From positions 66,464,001 to 66,528,000 of the forward strand of contig NC_087246.1 in NCBI RefSeq assembly GCF_037042905.1: a stretch of 64,000 nt of DNA. The letters run 5' to 3'. Within the stretch, counting starts at the first letter, position 1, and every line of letters begins with the position of its first letter. The notes beneath the pieces were generated by a model. It did no database searches, was not told the origin of the DNA, and saw only the letters and a program-made list of their open reading frames with translations. The stretch comes from Lytechinus pictus. Its lineage: Eukaryota. A program made the position numbers and the translations under genes. Positions 49,565 through 62,700 of this stretch are shown here, piece after piece.

Positions 49565-52317
49565 CTGTGGGAACAACGGATGAAGAGGAAAATTTTAAAT
49601 TACATTCAGTTGCAAGTCAATATTACCAGATAATCTTCCTTTTTAACTGGGGGAAAAATAACAGCATTTCCCAGGAGAGTCCTATAGTAAAAATATAAAT
49701 GGAGGAAAAATCAAACCAAGAGCTTGGAATTGCCAAAATTGTGTGATTCTTTCTATATTTGATTAAAACAAGTATTCAATATGGTGCATTTTTTTTTCAA
49801 AAACAAAAACTTAAAAGGAGCAACTTCTAGTCCAACATTACATTTTACATTTACATATGAAATAGATAAACATTTGTATTACAAATTACAAAAACATAAC
49901 TAAGGCTGATTTTTTTTCCCATAGGCTGGCGAGGCATGGATGCATCAAGCGAAAGTAATATTCCTACACAGATGGATGAATGCATTCTTGAAGGCTACAC
50001 ACACTCTGGTGAACAACAAGAAGCATCTACCTATTGCACGAATCCATCTTAATTCAAGGACTGATCGCTCTGCCAGACAGCGCCATTTTCTTCCAGGGGT
50101 TCAAAAAGTTAATGAGATGCAGCGGAAGCATATTCACCACATCTCTGGCAAGGAGATGCGAGAGCACCGAGAGCCTCATGAGAAGGGAAAATTAATCTCC
50201 TTAGACAGACTCCAACTGCCGAAATTGGCCCCGGGGCAAAATTTGAGTCATTCTTTCTCATCGTTCCTTCATGTAAATCCCATTTATCCATCATGGCGGA
50301 CAGCACTTGTGTTTTGCAACGAGTTTGGGAGGACCTCCATCAATATCGCCCTGCTTTATGACGCAGTTTTTTGGCAGTATTGCAGGCAGTGCTTATCATA
50401 TTAAACCTACCGCCGGACTATATCGGGGATTTTTTTTTTCTTGTTGGTATTCTGAAAATGCATGTTTTGCTATTCATGTCGTAACTCTAACACCCACTTC
50501 AACCAATGGCAATATCTGATATTACATGCATATGCTAAAACCATACAGTCAGAGCGTCTGCTCCACATATCGGGTTCTATGCTTTGGAAAAAAAACACCC
50601 TAAAATGTGACGTCAGTGACAGCTTTTTTTTTCCTCGCTTGGTCTTGCTTTGTCTGGCAAAAATTCATGATTGCTAATTATGAAGCAAGATGGAGAGAAC
50701 ATTCTGCATCAAATGAATGTGTGACAAATTCATCATGGATTGAGGAATAATCTTAGATATTGAAGAGAGTATCTTAAGACAACGGCGTGTAGTCAGAGAC
50801 TTCTCTGAGACAGAAACATAAGGACTGTTACGGGTATGACAGAGATCTTGATCGATATTTAAAAGCTCTTTTGTCAAAGGGAAAATACTCATTCTCAGGA
50901 AGACAACATTTTACTACAGATATGTTTGGGAGTAGACGACAGACACCCCCCTCAAGATATGACATAACCTTTAAAGCCAACAAGATGAGGAAGTAGAGTG
51001 TGTATTCTTTAAGGCATTAATAAATATTCAGATGTATGAGAAATTAATCCCTTCCTAAGAAAAATGATGGTTAGGGATAACCGACCCCATATCTCGGATT
51101 TTAGAGTGATTATCCTCACTTTCTTTAAAATCAGATATGAATGTTTTTTTTCTCTCCTTTCTCCCCTCTCTGAAGCTTCTCAAAGAAATTCAGAGGTAAG
51201 GAATAAAACCTTCATTTCAATATAATCACTTACAACAGAATCAACTTGGGGAGAACATATATATATATATACATATATATATAAAACATTTATAAAAAGA
51301 AAATATATACTCTAGGCATTATATTCACAGTGACCCCAGAATTTGTGGTAGTTATAAGGGATTTTCCCTATTAAAAAGAGCTAATGAGGGCTCACAACAT
51401 GGCTGATAAAACTCAATTTGATTTATATGTCTGTTTATCAACATGACAAGATTTCAGGTAACATTCATAAAGCATATCTCTCCAACAGAGCATGTGACTT
51501 GTAGACAAAACAATAACACCCATTCGAGACAAAAGGAATATCATGTGAACAACTGATCAGGAGAAGTTGGATTTGAATGCTAGGTTCAAGTTAATATCTG
51601 AAAGGAAGAAACAGCCCCGCCGAAACCCTCATGTTTGATCATCGACTGCCCCCCCCAAGTTCCGGGAGAAATGTTCAAATGACTTGGATGTGGGTCTAGT
51701 GTAATCAGGCTGTGAAAGGTATGCCATCTGTAAGCCATGTATTTCCCACAAGAACACAAAACTTGCATGATACAGTCTCACTAATAAGACAAACTCTGAC
51801 CAACAAAATTCATGACATTTCAAATGATATACCATCAGTCATTCTAAAGTCAGTTTCATGAGTGTGACTATACTAGCATCGAGAGAATTAGCAGTCTAAA
51901 GCAAGAATCGGAAGGGGCATTGGGTACAATCTGAAATTCCATGCAATCTTTATAAATCATTTCTTCACAAATATACACCAAAATGGGAAGACTGGAGAGG
52001 GTTTTTTTTATGGGGGGGGGGGGGGGGGGGGGTGCACGTAAAAAAAAAAAAATCTTTTTTCTTTTCGAGGGATACTTTTCGAAACCTACTACATTAATAT
52101 GCAACATTGGATAAGCTTCAACACTGCAGTGAAAAGGAATTTTCCATTTCGGAGCATTTCAGAGCAAAATCGACCAGATCCCGTTATATTTATCCCGGGG
52201 TGGGGGGGGGGGGGGATGTAGGGGGGTTGAACATACAGGGCAATAATAATGGCAAAGAAAAGATGACATTGAAGGATGAGTGTTAACCTCTATGGCAAAA
52301 TAAAGGGAAAACAAATG

Positions 52318-52810
52318 CAGAGATGCCAACCTAAAGGGATGGTTGTCAGGAATATTTACCATATTTGTCAGGAACAAATGGGGAGTTTCTCAGGAACATC
52401 CCGCGAAGTAGCATCGTTTATACGCTCAACCACCCAATGATTACATGTACATGTATGTGTACAGTCAATCGCCATTGACATTGTGCATGCATGAACCGCG
52501 GCTTGCACTCCGCACTTCGCTGTGTATTCAGCAGCAGCGCGCGGAGGCGCTTGCAATAGAAATCTCAGTTGAGAAACTCCCGTTGGTTTACCGTTGGCCA
52601 CACACGCGCTGCATGCACGATACATGTATACAAAATACACGCATATACATGCACAATACACAATACACGCATATATACACATGCACAGCAAAGCAATACA
52701 CATGTATTGTAGTTGTTTTTTCCGTAACCTTTTTATTGTTGCCGTAACACCGTAATTGGAGGAATAAAATCGGAACAAATACGGCGAATCCGTAACGGTT
52801 GGCATCTCTG
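52318..52810. mobile_element. Non-autonomous DNA transposon with 14-bp perfect TIRs and a 6-bp TSD (hAT6-like)
   Basis: cagagatgccaacc / ggttggcatctctg; caaatg duplicated at 52312-52317 and 52811-52816. Confidence 0.85.
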
Positions 52811-52899
52811 CAAATGGCAGAGAAAAGCTTCATGAAAGAGTCATTATCTCCATAATGTGCACCTTTGACTGGGGTCTTCCAATACTAGAAAGAACATAC

Positions 52900-53042
52900 C
52901 TGGTTGTTTGTATCTGTGAGATAGCGCACCACCGTAGGCAAGATGTAGTCCTGGATGGTAGATGGGAAGAGGAGGTGGTGTTCGTGGCACAGCATCGCGA
53001 TGTGCGGTATCTGCTCCATCAGTTCGGCTCGCACCATCGGCT
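52900..53042 (-). CDS. PPP4R1: PPP4R1 exon (E)PMVRAELMEQIPHIAMLCHEHHLLFPSTIQDYILPTVVRYLTDTNNQ
   Basis: EP.VRAELMEQ.PHIA and VVRYL.D.NNQ conserved; phase 1 to 0. Confidence 0.97.
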
Positions 53043-54218
53043 CTGTACGAATATTCATGAGAGAGGAAAGGAGCATGGGTAGGTCAATGCATAACCACCA
53101 TGTAACAAGTTCAATCTCTACACATTTTCAAGTACTTTTAGAGGGGAAAGTCAACCCCAACATCAGTTTGTATGTAATAAAAGCTGAAAACAGCAAAATA
53201 TCAATTTGATAGTATACAGGGGAGCTACTCAAATACATACATAGGATGCTCCATTTATGACTGTTATTAGTTGACAAATTTTTGTAAGAAACATTGGTTT
53301 GGTCTACTTGATGTTAAAAATGGACAAACCCTTTCAGGAATGCTCTTTAACTAGAAATAAGATTTAAATGAATGGCTGCAAAGAATCAAAGTTAAATCCT
53401 AAAGCTAATCGCTAAGAAGTGACATGTGCACCATGTCACGTTCTTAAAAATCAATTTGAAATGAAAAGTTCACATTCTCTAAAGATAAAATGATTTAATG
53501 TACCAACATCTATATCAATAGATGCTCATTTCTAAAAGCGTTTCCAAGTCCCAAAGGATCATACCTTGTTTGTCTAGATTGTTGGATCTTTATCCTTAAG
53601 ACACAATGAGCAGCACAAAAATTTGCCATAATTACAAGTATAAAATATCCACACACAACAACTGACACAATTATGATTTTTTGCATGGAGACCACGTCTC
53701 GCCTTGAGTACGAGTTGATTCCATAGAACCATTATCTGAACTTATAAAGAACTACCTGCATATCTACATCAACCTACCAGTTCAAAAGCACGAGACCCTG
53801 ACACACGATACCCTCTCTGTAGGAGTTCATCCATGTTGTTCAATCAAATAATATCAACAGGGAAAGAAGCATACATCCTGTTTGTAAATGTGAAGTGTTC
53901 TCTAAATGCTTTGCTAACATCTTCACTTCCCAATGGATCAAATAAATATTTCAGAGGTACAAGCATTTATTTCCTAGCGACTTTGTGAAAAACAAATTAA
54001 TGATACGATGTACTCTTTAAGATAATTAGGGGCTTATTCAATTCTAAAGGATAATATCAGATTTCCTTGAGATGATAACTAAGTTATGACTGATCATACA
54101 CAACAATCATAGCAATCATTGACACAGTCAATCGCTTACTTGGTCCAGGATTTCAACATAAGTTATATCTTTGATGGTCAAGAGGGAGTCTGTCATATTT
54201 ATCTTTGAGTTCCTTTAA

Positions 54219-54611
54219 AGATAAATTCCAGTTGTGAGAACGATCTCAAAATGACTTTTTACAGAATTTAATATAATGATCACCAAAGTGTCTGTTTGTA
54301 TGAATAAAAATATGTGCCAAAGGATTCTGGAAGAAATTGTGTAATTGCTGAGAAATAAGCAAAATAAGCGCGGATTCGGTCACTTCCGTCGGGTCTTTAT
54401 TCCAGCAATAATAATACACTGTCCCACGTGTGCCTATCTGTGTTAGCGATCTTCAATGTGATCGTTTGTTAGCTAGATATTATGATTTCACAAAGTTCAG
54501 TTTATGTAACTGTACCAGATCTAGATCCACGATGATATATTAATACTTAACCTTGGTTTTACAGACTTTCTCACGAAATCAGTGTTTAACTGCAACTACT
54601 GTCATTTAGCT
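54219..54611. mobile_element. TTAA-flanked non-autonomous element (Kolobok-like)
   Basis: ttaa|agataaattccagttg...caactactgtcatttagct|ttaa; short imperfect TIRs; CpG-containing interior. Confidence 0.5.
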
Positions 54612-54957
54612 TTAACTTCTTGGAAACTGAAAGGGTTTGCTTTAACACATGTTTTCCATAGACTCTAGCCTACATGTATGCAGACTCAGTCTCTAACTGG
54701 TAAATGTACATTAGGTCTATATCAAAACAAGAAGAGCCTTTTCAAAGCTTGGCAATTACTGTCTATTACTGTGCTTTGCGCCTGCAGCAGAGTGGATCTG
54801 GTGCATCATAAATCATTATCATGACGCTGAATATCTTATCATAACAGGGATATTTAATTAGTCATCTATTGTTCTTATGCTTGATTTAAGACGATCTTAG
54901 TCAGATATCAAAATGTCATCATGGTTTACTGCCAAACACGTAGTTGAACATACTAAC

Positions 54958-55064
54958 CGATATCTTCCGATAGGTGACTCATGGCTTCTAGTCCGGCTTC
55001 CCTATCTTCCTCATTGTCGCAGACCGTTCTTAGGGTGTCCAGTAAACCACGAGCAACCATTTGT
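54958..55064 (-). CDS. PPP4R1: PPP4R1 exon (R)QMVARGLLDTLRTVCDNEEDREAGLEAMSHLSEDI
   Basis: QMVAR.LLDTLR.VCD conserved; gtgcag acceptor / gttag donor, phase 2 to 1. Confidence 0.96.
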
Positions 55065-57198
55065 CTGCACAGGATAAGAAAAACATTACAATCCATGACA
55101 TGTCAATATATAGGCCTATATATCAAGGAAAGAGGAGAAGAGTATAAAGAGAAGTAGATAAGACTTTCAATGTATAATTAATTACCGACCTACACAAATG
55201 ATTAGAAATGAAAGTTAGAAGTAGGGCTTGAATTCGTTTCCTAGTCAGTCTATATTAGAAACTCAAATGTATCCACACATGTACAGTATTAATGAGCAGG
55301 CATTGTTATGGAACATGGAAAGGTCCTAGCTTATAGTTAATAAAACAAAAACGTTACTTATATCTTGAACAGTTGAGTACTGAGTGCAATCAATGCTGAA
55401 GGTCAATGTAGACAAATGTTAGCTGTTTCCACTCAAAAGCTGAACTACGTTGTGAGGGGAAATAGACACCTACCCCCCAGTATTCAAATAGCCCACATAA
55501 ACTATGATAATGACGCAATAGACCTGATCAAAATTTGAATGCATATTTTTGTTTTGAAAACATAGTTTTTCACAGTCATAACAACCTGCAAGCTTGTTAC
55601 AAGCTTGCCAGATATATGTAATGGATGAGGAGTACAAACTGTATTGTATTTCATTAATAATATGTTTATTACCTTTTTCTAGGCTTCATGGAAACAAACA
55701 CTGAGAATTTGAATTACTTAATAACACAGGCCTATTGAAAACTTAGAAAAACTGAGAAAATGAATTAAAACAAACTGAATTACATTTATAATAAGCAACT
55801 ACATTGCTTTAGCAATGAATATGAAGCATTCAAGATCCTACCCATTTTCCCCCCTGTTCAGTATTTGACAATAAGTATCTTGATCACACAAATTTTGAGT
55901 GCTATTTTGAAGTATCAAATCCAATTAAATAGCGTCAATCAATTGTGTTTGAGGAAATAAAAGTGAGAAATGAAAGAGCCATCTCCAAGCATCAAGTTCA
56001 TTTGCAAATATTGACATACCATTCGCAGATAAATTGAGAGTGGAAACTGATTTGCTACACGTAGATGCGAAATTTATTTGACATGCACTTCGCTTCAGTC
56101 AACTTGAAATCATTTATAAAGACTTCTCGAATCTCCCTCTAACCTTCAATGCTTTTAACCCAGTAGGAGAAAACTTGTCTATGAATATACTGCTTTCATA
56201 ATGATTTCATTATGATAATCATTCTTGATAGGCCATTAAAAAAAAAATTAAACCTGAGAATGTAAATTACTTTTGTATTCCTATTCAATTCAAATGAATT
56301 TGAAGAGAACTGGGTATAGCACCCAGCTCCCTCTATTTTTCATTTTTGAAGAAATGACAATGTTATGAATTGGATATGAAAGCTTTAAACTTTTCCCCAA
56401 CACTTATTACGCAATGAAAAAAAAATGACTTGGTTAATAAAATCATTGTAGGCCTGTGACCTTCATTGACCTTCAAATCACTGTTTCAAACTAAACCAAT
56501 CCTACATGATTTCTTCATGGTCTGCATTACAGCTGGTGATATATCCCGAATGATATGTTCTCAGGATATCCCAATGCTGTACCTCCCTATCCCAATTGTG
56601 CCTCCCATTTCCAGCTTTTATTTCTCCTTTGCCACTGAAAGGTGTGAATGACATGACCCATGAATATAAGCCAGCCAAGTAAAAGAATAATCCGCAAATG
56701 TGAGACAGTCTGGACGGACAGTGAGGTCCAGGATTGAAATGTGGGGTATAAAAAGAATTACATGTAGGTTGGATCGGGGACCTACTAGTAGTAGGTCCAT
56801 GGTTGAATTAAGCTTCATCTCTTAAGATTTCTATACAAAAAATAGAAATAGGGCCCACCTTGGACATCTAGGCCCATCTATATATCGAGGGGAAGATGAA
56901 TGGATTATTTTTTATATTATGTACTACATCTATGTTCAATTTTGGAGACATTATGTACAAGAAGACAAGATGATAGAATTTTCTATTGTCAAACATTTCA
57001 TTTTAAACTTGAAATTAAAATGTCAAAGGTCTATGCACTCTCAGTGATAATACAGTTAAGAAATAATTATTAAGTCACTTTCCTACTAAGCCCCCATACA
57101 GTAGGGTTGCATAATCCTCCAAAGCTGTGTATTGGTTAACTTTATTCCTAAAAAAGCAATTTAGGGAAGGGTGGGGACAACTTGTTCATGAAAATGTA

Positions 57199-58179
57199 CC
57201 GTAAGTAACGGTGAATTAACCGCACCTTTTTCTCGGCGGGATATAAGCAAAAGTCGGGGGTGCGGTTTATACACGGTGACGGGTCTGAGCCCGCCCGCGT
57301 AGCCCCTCCCGAACATGTAAGAAGTCTGCCAGTTCACAACACATCGAGTGGCCGGCCGTAGCCGCCCAGTGCAATGTCGTTTAGAGGGGTATGAGCCGCG
57401 GGTAATGGGTAGCGATTATTATGATCTTATGATCAAATACTGTCGTAACAAATGCACCCACCTTCATGACACTAATTTCGACTTTATTCTCGATTCAAAG
57501 CAGCGAAGTTCCCTGGCTAAGTTCATAGAGACGCCAAGCATTCTCGGTAATAATTTGTCACAGCTGAGCGAGAGCCAAGAGCTAGCTTGCGTTGTATTTT
57601 GGTTTTAGTGCGACTTAAGCTGGCGCTATTCATTTAATTTAACCCCTCAAAGTCCCGTTTCGCGCCAGCTTATTTTTTTCTTTCCCGTTTGCTTTTCATA
57701 AGATACCATGTACACCGTGCACCACGCACGATAGAGACGGCACGAAGCCGTCAAACAACTGGAAAAAATACAAATTTCTTTGTTTCTTGAACCTTCCTGT
57801 AATCCCGTATCCAAAATTCATGCTAAGACATCGAATGCTAGACAAATTCTGAAAGTGATTGTGAGGTTGTGATGCAAGAAATGTGAAAGACACAGATCAC
57901 AATTTGATAAGATGTACTGGTAGTGGTACCGTATCGAAGTTTGAAATGTACATGTACAAGAAAGGCAGTGCTGTGTGTGTGTACACTGTGACTGTGACTC
58001 TGTGAGGTGAGTGAGTGTGTAAATTGCCAATATTGGCGGGACCTTTCTTTCTTGCTAACATTTGTAGATGAATTGATCAAGAACAGCAGATTTCTGCATA
58101 CTGGTAATCTCTTTGAATACTTTGAAATCTTTAACTTAATTTTTGTTTCTTCGTACCTCAAATATGCATGTAAATGTGA

Positions 58180-58233
<54 letters not shown>

Positions 58234-58282
58234 TGGGGGTGCGGTTTATACACGGGTGCGGTTAATACACCGTTACTTACGG
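57199..58282. mobile_element. Tc1/mariner-pogo-like non-autonomous element with TA TSD
   Basis: ta|ccgtaagtaacggtgaattaaccgcacc...ggtgcggttaatacaccgttacttacgg|ta (28-bp TIR, 1 mismatch); subterminal ggtgcggtttatacacgg repeats; internal T tract of ~40 nt. Confidence 0.9.
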
Positions 58283-59584
58283 TACTTTCATGACTGAAGT
58301 TGTCAGCAAATGTAGACTAGGCATCCTACCAGATAAATCATTGAAAGTTCTCTTCCAATGAAAGGAATCTGAGGAAAGACTCACATGACCCCCTTTCTAA
58401 GGTCACGACCTGGCTGAGGTGTGCAGCTGGTTAAGGAATTCATACCACAATAAAACCAACCACTTCAAGAAGGGAAAATAGTGAGTGATTAGATTACACT
58501 CTGCAGTGAAAGGAAGAGCTGAATTGAGCTTTTCACTAGCTGCAATTCTTGTACTGGGATAATAGACCCAACAATCAACTGGAGTTTGCAGAAAGAAGGC
58601 CTGGTGTCTATTCTGGGTGCCCAATGCAAAGGCTTCCTCAAAAAAAAAGGAAGAGAGATGTAGGATGACTGCATTAAAGGTACAAACCCACTATTTTGCA
58701 TTGACAAATAACTATTAGTAAAAAAAAAAATAATGTTTGCTTTTTTTAATTCTTTTGAACTATCACCCTAATAATATTCTTCCTTGTTTTGAGGCAGCAA
58801 AACAATGTAAAATTCAAAGATAAGCAATAACATGGGAAAGAAAACAGGCGGGGGGATTAAATGAAAAGCTAGGAGAAAAGAGACGCTCAAGTTTTCAGGC
58901 ATATTTTGCCTCCTATGATATTCCTTCCTCATACTGGGTTTATTATTTTTCTGTTGGATTTCTGCTGAAGCATACTAATGGCTTGTGACAAGAGCCGTGC
59001 ACAAGGGGTCCAATAATAATCGGCCAACTGCTGGGGACGCAGATGGCAAAGTATGCATTGGGAATGAATGAAGCGGCAAATGATGAGAAGAAAAAAAGGA
59101 ATGCATAAAAAAGGGGGCACTAATCAACTCAAAGAGGCTAAAATGCAATCATACAAATGATTTGAAAAATCAAAGTCAAACAATTTGTTGTAAAAAAAAA
59201 AGGACTAGCTGTTGACTTGTGCATATTTCTATCATAGATAAGATTTAATTTGAAAATGTTACCAAGTAAGGGGTTATTGCAAACTGCATAAAAATATAAT
59301 TTTTCTAGGGACAAGACAATATTTTCATATTGGGGGAGCTATTTCTTTCATTTACAGGTCTAATAATCCTGCGCAACAAGCAATTATGTTATAAACGCAA
59401 ACATGTTTCTGCCATGGGGACACTCTGTAAGAGACAATTGCCTCAAAGTGTTCTGTTTAAGAATTTTTAGGGGCAATTTGGGCTGCAATGAGGGTGAAAT
59501 CACCCTTCGCCCACATGTATTCTTGTGACTAAAAGTTCATTTTGGCTCGAATTCAATACTTCACATCAATATTGTCATACATAC

Positions 59585-59708
59585 CTATTGAAGACATTGT
59601 CACTGTTGATGTCTTTCTTGAGTCTGGCCAAAGGGGTAAGGGACTCCTCTGGTGTTGGACTATCAATCGCAGAGCTGACCATCCCAATTTCGCCGTCCTC
59701 CCCTTCCA
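59585..59708 (-). CDS. PPP4R1: PPP4R1 most 5' securely identified exon (x)EGEDGEIGMVSSAIDSPTPEESLTPLARLKKDINSDNVFN(R)
   Basis: LTPL.RL....S.N.FNR conserved; tttgcag acceptor / gtatg donor, phase 1 to 2. Upstream exon(s) not securely found. Confidence 0.93.
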
Positions 59709-62700
59709 CTGCAAAGATAGAAAAGAGGACATAATGTGTTACACTAAATATTGATAACACTTAACATATTATCCTAATATTCATTGTCAAATATGCATCG
59801 TTGTTCAAGTGTAGCTGTCAACAATAATTGAACATCACCACCACCATCACCATTGCGTGAGCATTCATCACTACCACCACCATTTTTGTCATTGGACTTC
59901 CTTTTAATTGACAAATGTCAATCACTATCAATTTTAACATTGAAATGATTATGCCTGTGGTACCCCTTCAAAAGTTTGAGTCATACATAGGGACATCATG
60001 GCAAAATGCATTGATAAGCACAATACCTTGCACTGCATTTAACAATGGTGCATGATAATGAGGCTACGAGTATCCTTACTGCCCTGGATGCAACTGAACA
60101 TGAGGCGCTTTCGCCGACAATTGCCTAGCCCTACTAGACAGAAGTACTTGAGGCGAAAGTCCCTGAACAATCGTTGAATAGCCAATCTCATTACTATAAA
60201 AAATAGCATTGTACAATCTTCGTATTTTTTTTATAACTACATCAGAAGCATCTTCCTTTTGTCTTTTACATGTTGTATACTTCAAACACACCCACTGATT
60301 TTCCTCTTTTGCAAAAATATGATGGGAGAATATGGTGAAAACGTTGTGATGATTGATTGATAAATAAAAGGCTTGAAAACAATAGGCATTATGGATAAAA
60401 AGAACCCAAATCAAACCCTAAATTGATAACACATACAAGTAGTTGGATGAATCTTTTTGCAATGAATGAAAATCACAGGTAACTAGGACTGAATAGTCAA
60501 GATCCAAAAGTAGGTTATATAATTTTTCAAGAAATACTAGATCAGTCGGGGCCCAATACAGCAAACAGTATGCTATCAGACATGCATGCATCCCCTGGTG
60601 CTCTGGGATCAGAGCAAACCATTCTTGACACCCATAAATGTGTGAAGAATCAGCACTACCCCAGTTCACTTCCAATTTTCATTAAAGGGTTTGTGAATCC
60701 CTCATCAGCATGGGGTTCTAATTAGAGACGGTTGATAAGCACAGGTGCATCTCGGGTGTTGCCACTTCTTGATTAAATTCTGACAAGGTTTCCAAGAGCT
60801 TGTGTCAAAGCTCACCTCAAAAATGAAATGCATGAGAAAGGGACCATGAAAAAAATATTGGCATGAAAAATAAGGTGATGAACTATTAAAGGCTCAGAGT
60901 GTAGGCCTACTATCTTAACAAATGCATTTACAATACTCTTGTTATAAAGAAAGTAGGACTTAAAAAGAGGATAATCTTCATGAGCATAGAAGGTAAATAT
61001 TTTTTGGACACATTGATTCATTCATTCACAAGATACAAAATACCAGTACTAGAACTATTACAGGACTATACAGTCGGCATCCCCCCCCCACCCCCATTCA
61101 TTGTCAAAATTAACATTAATTTTTTGATTGTTGAGCTCTGGAGAGCCAGAGTACTGGTTGTATAGGCCTACACATAGCTACATGCATATTGTCTGTCACT
61201 TAAGATAGAAGAAAAAAGCCAAAAAATTCTTTGTATAGCAAAGAGAATGATTTATATTCATCCTACTAAATTCATATCTGGAGCATGGAGCATTAACCTT
61301 TGAGGCTCCTCGTCTTGTCATGCGGAGTAAGACAAAGGGGATAGCATCAGGAAGATGACCCCACTAGGCAAAGTTTGACAATGGGATGAGAGAAAACAAA
61401 ACAAGATGACAGGAGGAGAGGGAGGGTAAGAAAATAAACCATGGTTGCTCATAAAAAGATGATATTCAGTGATCACGTACACTAAATGTATAGTGCTGTC
61501 TGTTCATAGTATGAGGCAAGAAAAAATTACATGGGGGGCACAGTGTGATTTGGCCCCCCCCCCCGAAATGATCAAAGGGCCCTGACAAATCCCTGTTCAC
61601 TGCAATATTAAATTATCATACAATAATGCAATTTTCTGGAGTAGAATGTGATTAGCTTAAAAAAAAAATGCTTGGTATGAGGGGTGAAGAAGATACGAGA
61701 GTCGTTCAGTGGAAAAAGAACATCTCAATTATTTTTTTAAAAAATGGCTATGGTATGAGATGAAATAAGAATACCAATTGACAAAAATGAATAAATGTAG
61801 TGGCAAACTCTTTAAAAAAAGTAGGAGCAAATCTAAATCGGGATAATAAAAGGAAAGATCAGTCTTGAAGAGAGGCAAGTTTGGATAGTTCCAATTTTGT
61901 CTGTGACCTTCAATTGACCTTTACATCCCTAACCACAGGGGCAGAAGAATGTGACCCTAGTGAATGTAGTCATCTCAGAAAAGGGAAAGTTCAATATAGC
62001 AACCTTCACGACATATATGAAAATAATATCCAGCATCGCCAACTTTGGCAACAACCTAATGAATGTCCGCAATTTGAGATTATTCAGGACTTACAATTTT
62101 GCATATTTTAATTTGCATCTAAGGTATAGTGTAATTTGTATGCAAATAATGAAACTATTAGTCTTCCATTATGGCAGCATGCTGCACTCCAATGTTGGTA
62201 AGACTGCGAGCCTATTGGGCATCTATCTGCGTAGACTAGATCAAGCCCAATATTGGTTTCAAGTTGGGATCTGACATTTACTCTGTCACCTGCAAATGAA
62301 ATCTGCTCTTGATTCTTTATTCTATAGTGCATGATACAGGCCGGGCAGACGGGCAATTCGGCCGTGATAGGTACCCTGTGTCGTCAAATTACTTGAGAAA
62401 TCGTCTTGAGGATTTCTGAACAAATACCCTAATAGAAAGAGATGGGGGGAGAGATAGAGAGTTCTACTTTTGTGAGGGTGACTGGTTAAATTGTAGGATA
62501 TGGAAAGGCTGCATGCTCAGGTAGGGATTCTTTGCCCATTGATTCAAGCATCTGGTCAAATATTGAAACTGGTACACGATACTCATGGTCCGGATTAAGA
62601 AATCGGTAAGCCAATTTTAGCCCTTTTCTGCTGCTGGAAGAGCGATTTGAAGGCTACTTCCTCAGTTCAATTTCAGCTTTGCTCAAGATCAATAGCTTGT

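Noticed and set aside
52368-52833. Cys/Tyr/Val-rich ORFs
   Set aside because: Degenerate (CA/TA)n interior of the 52318-52810 transposon.
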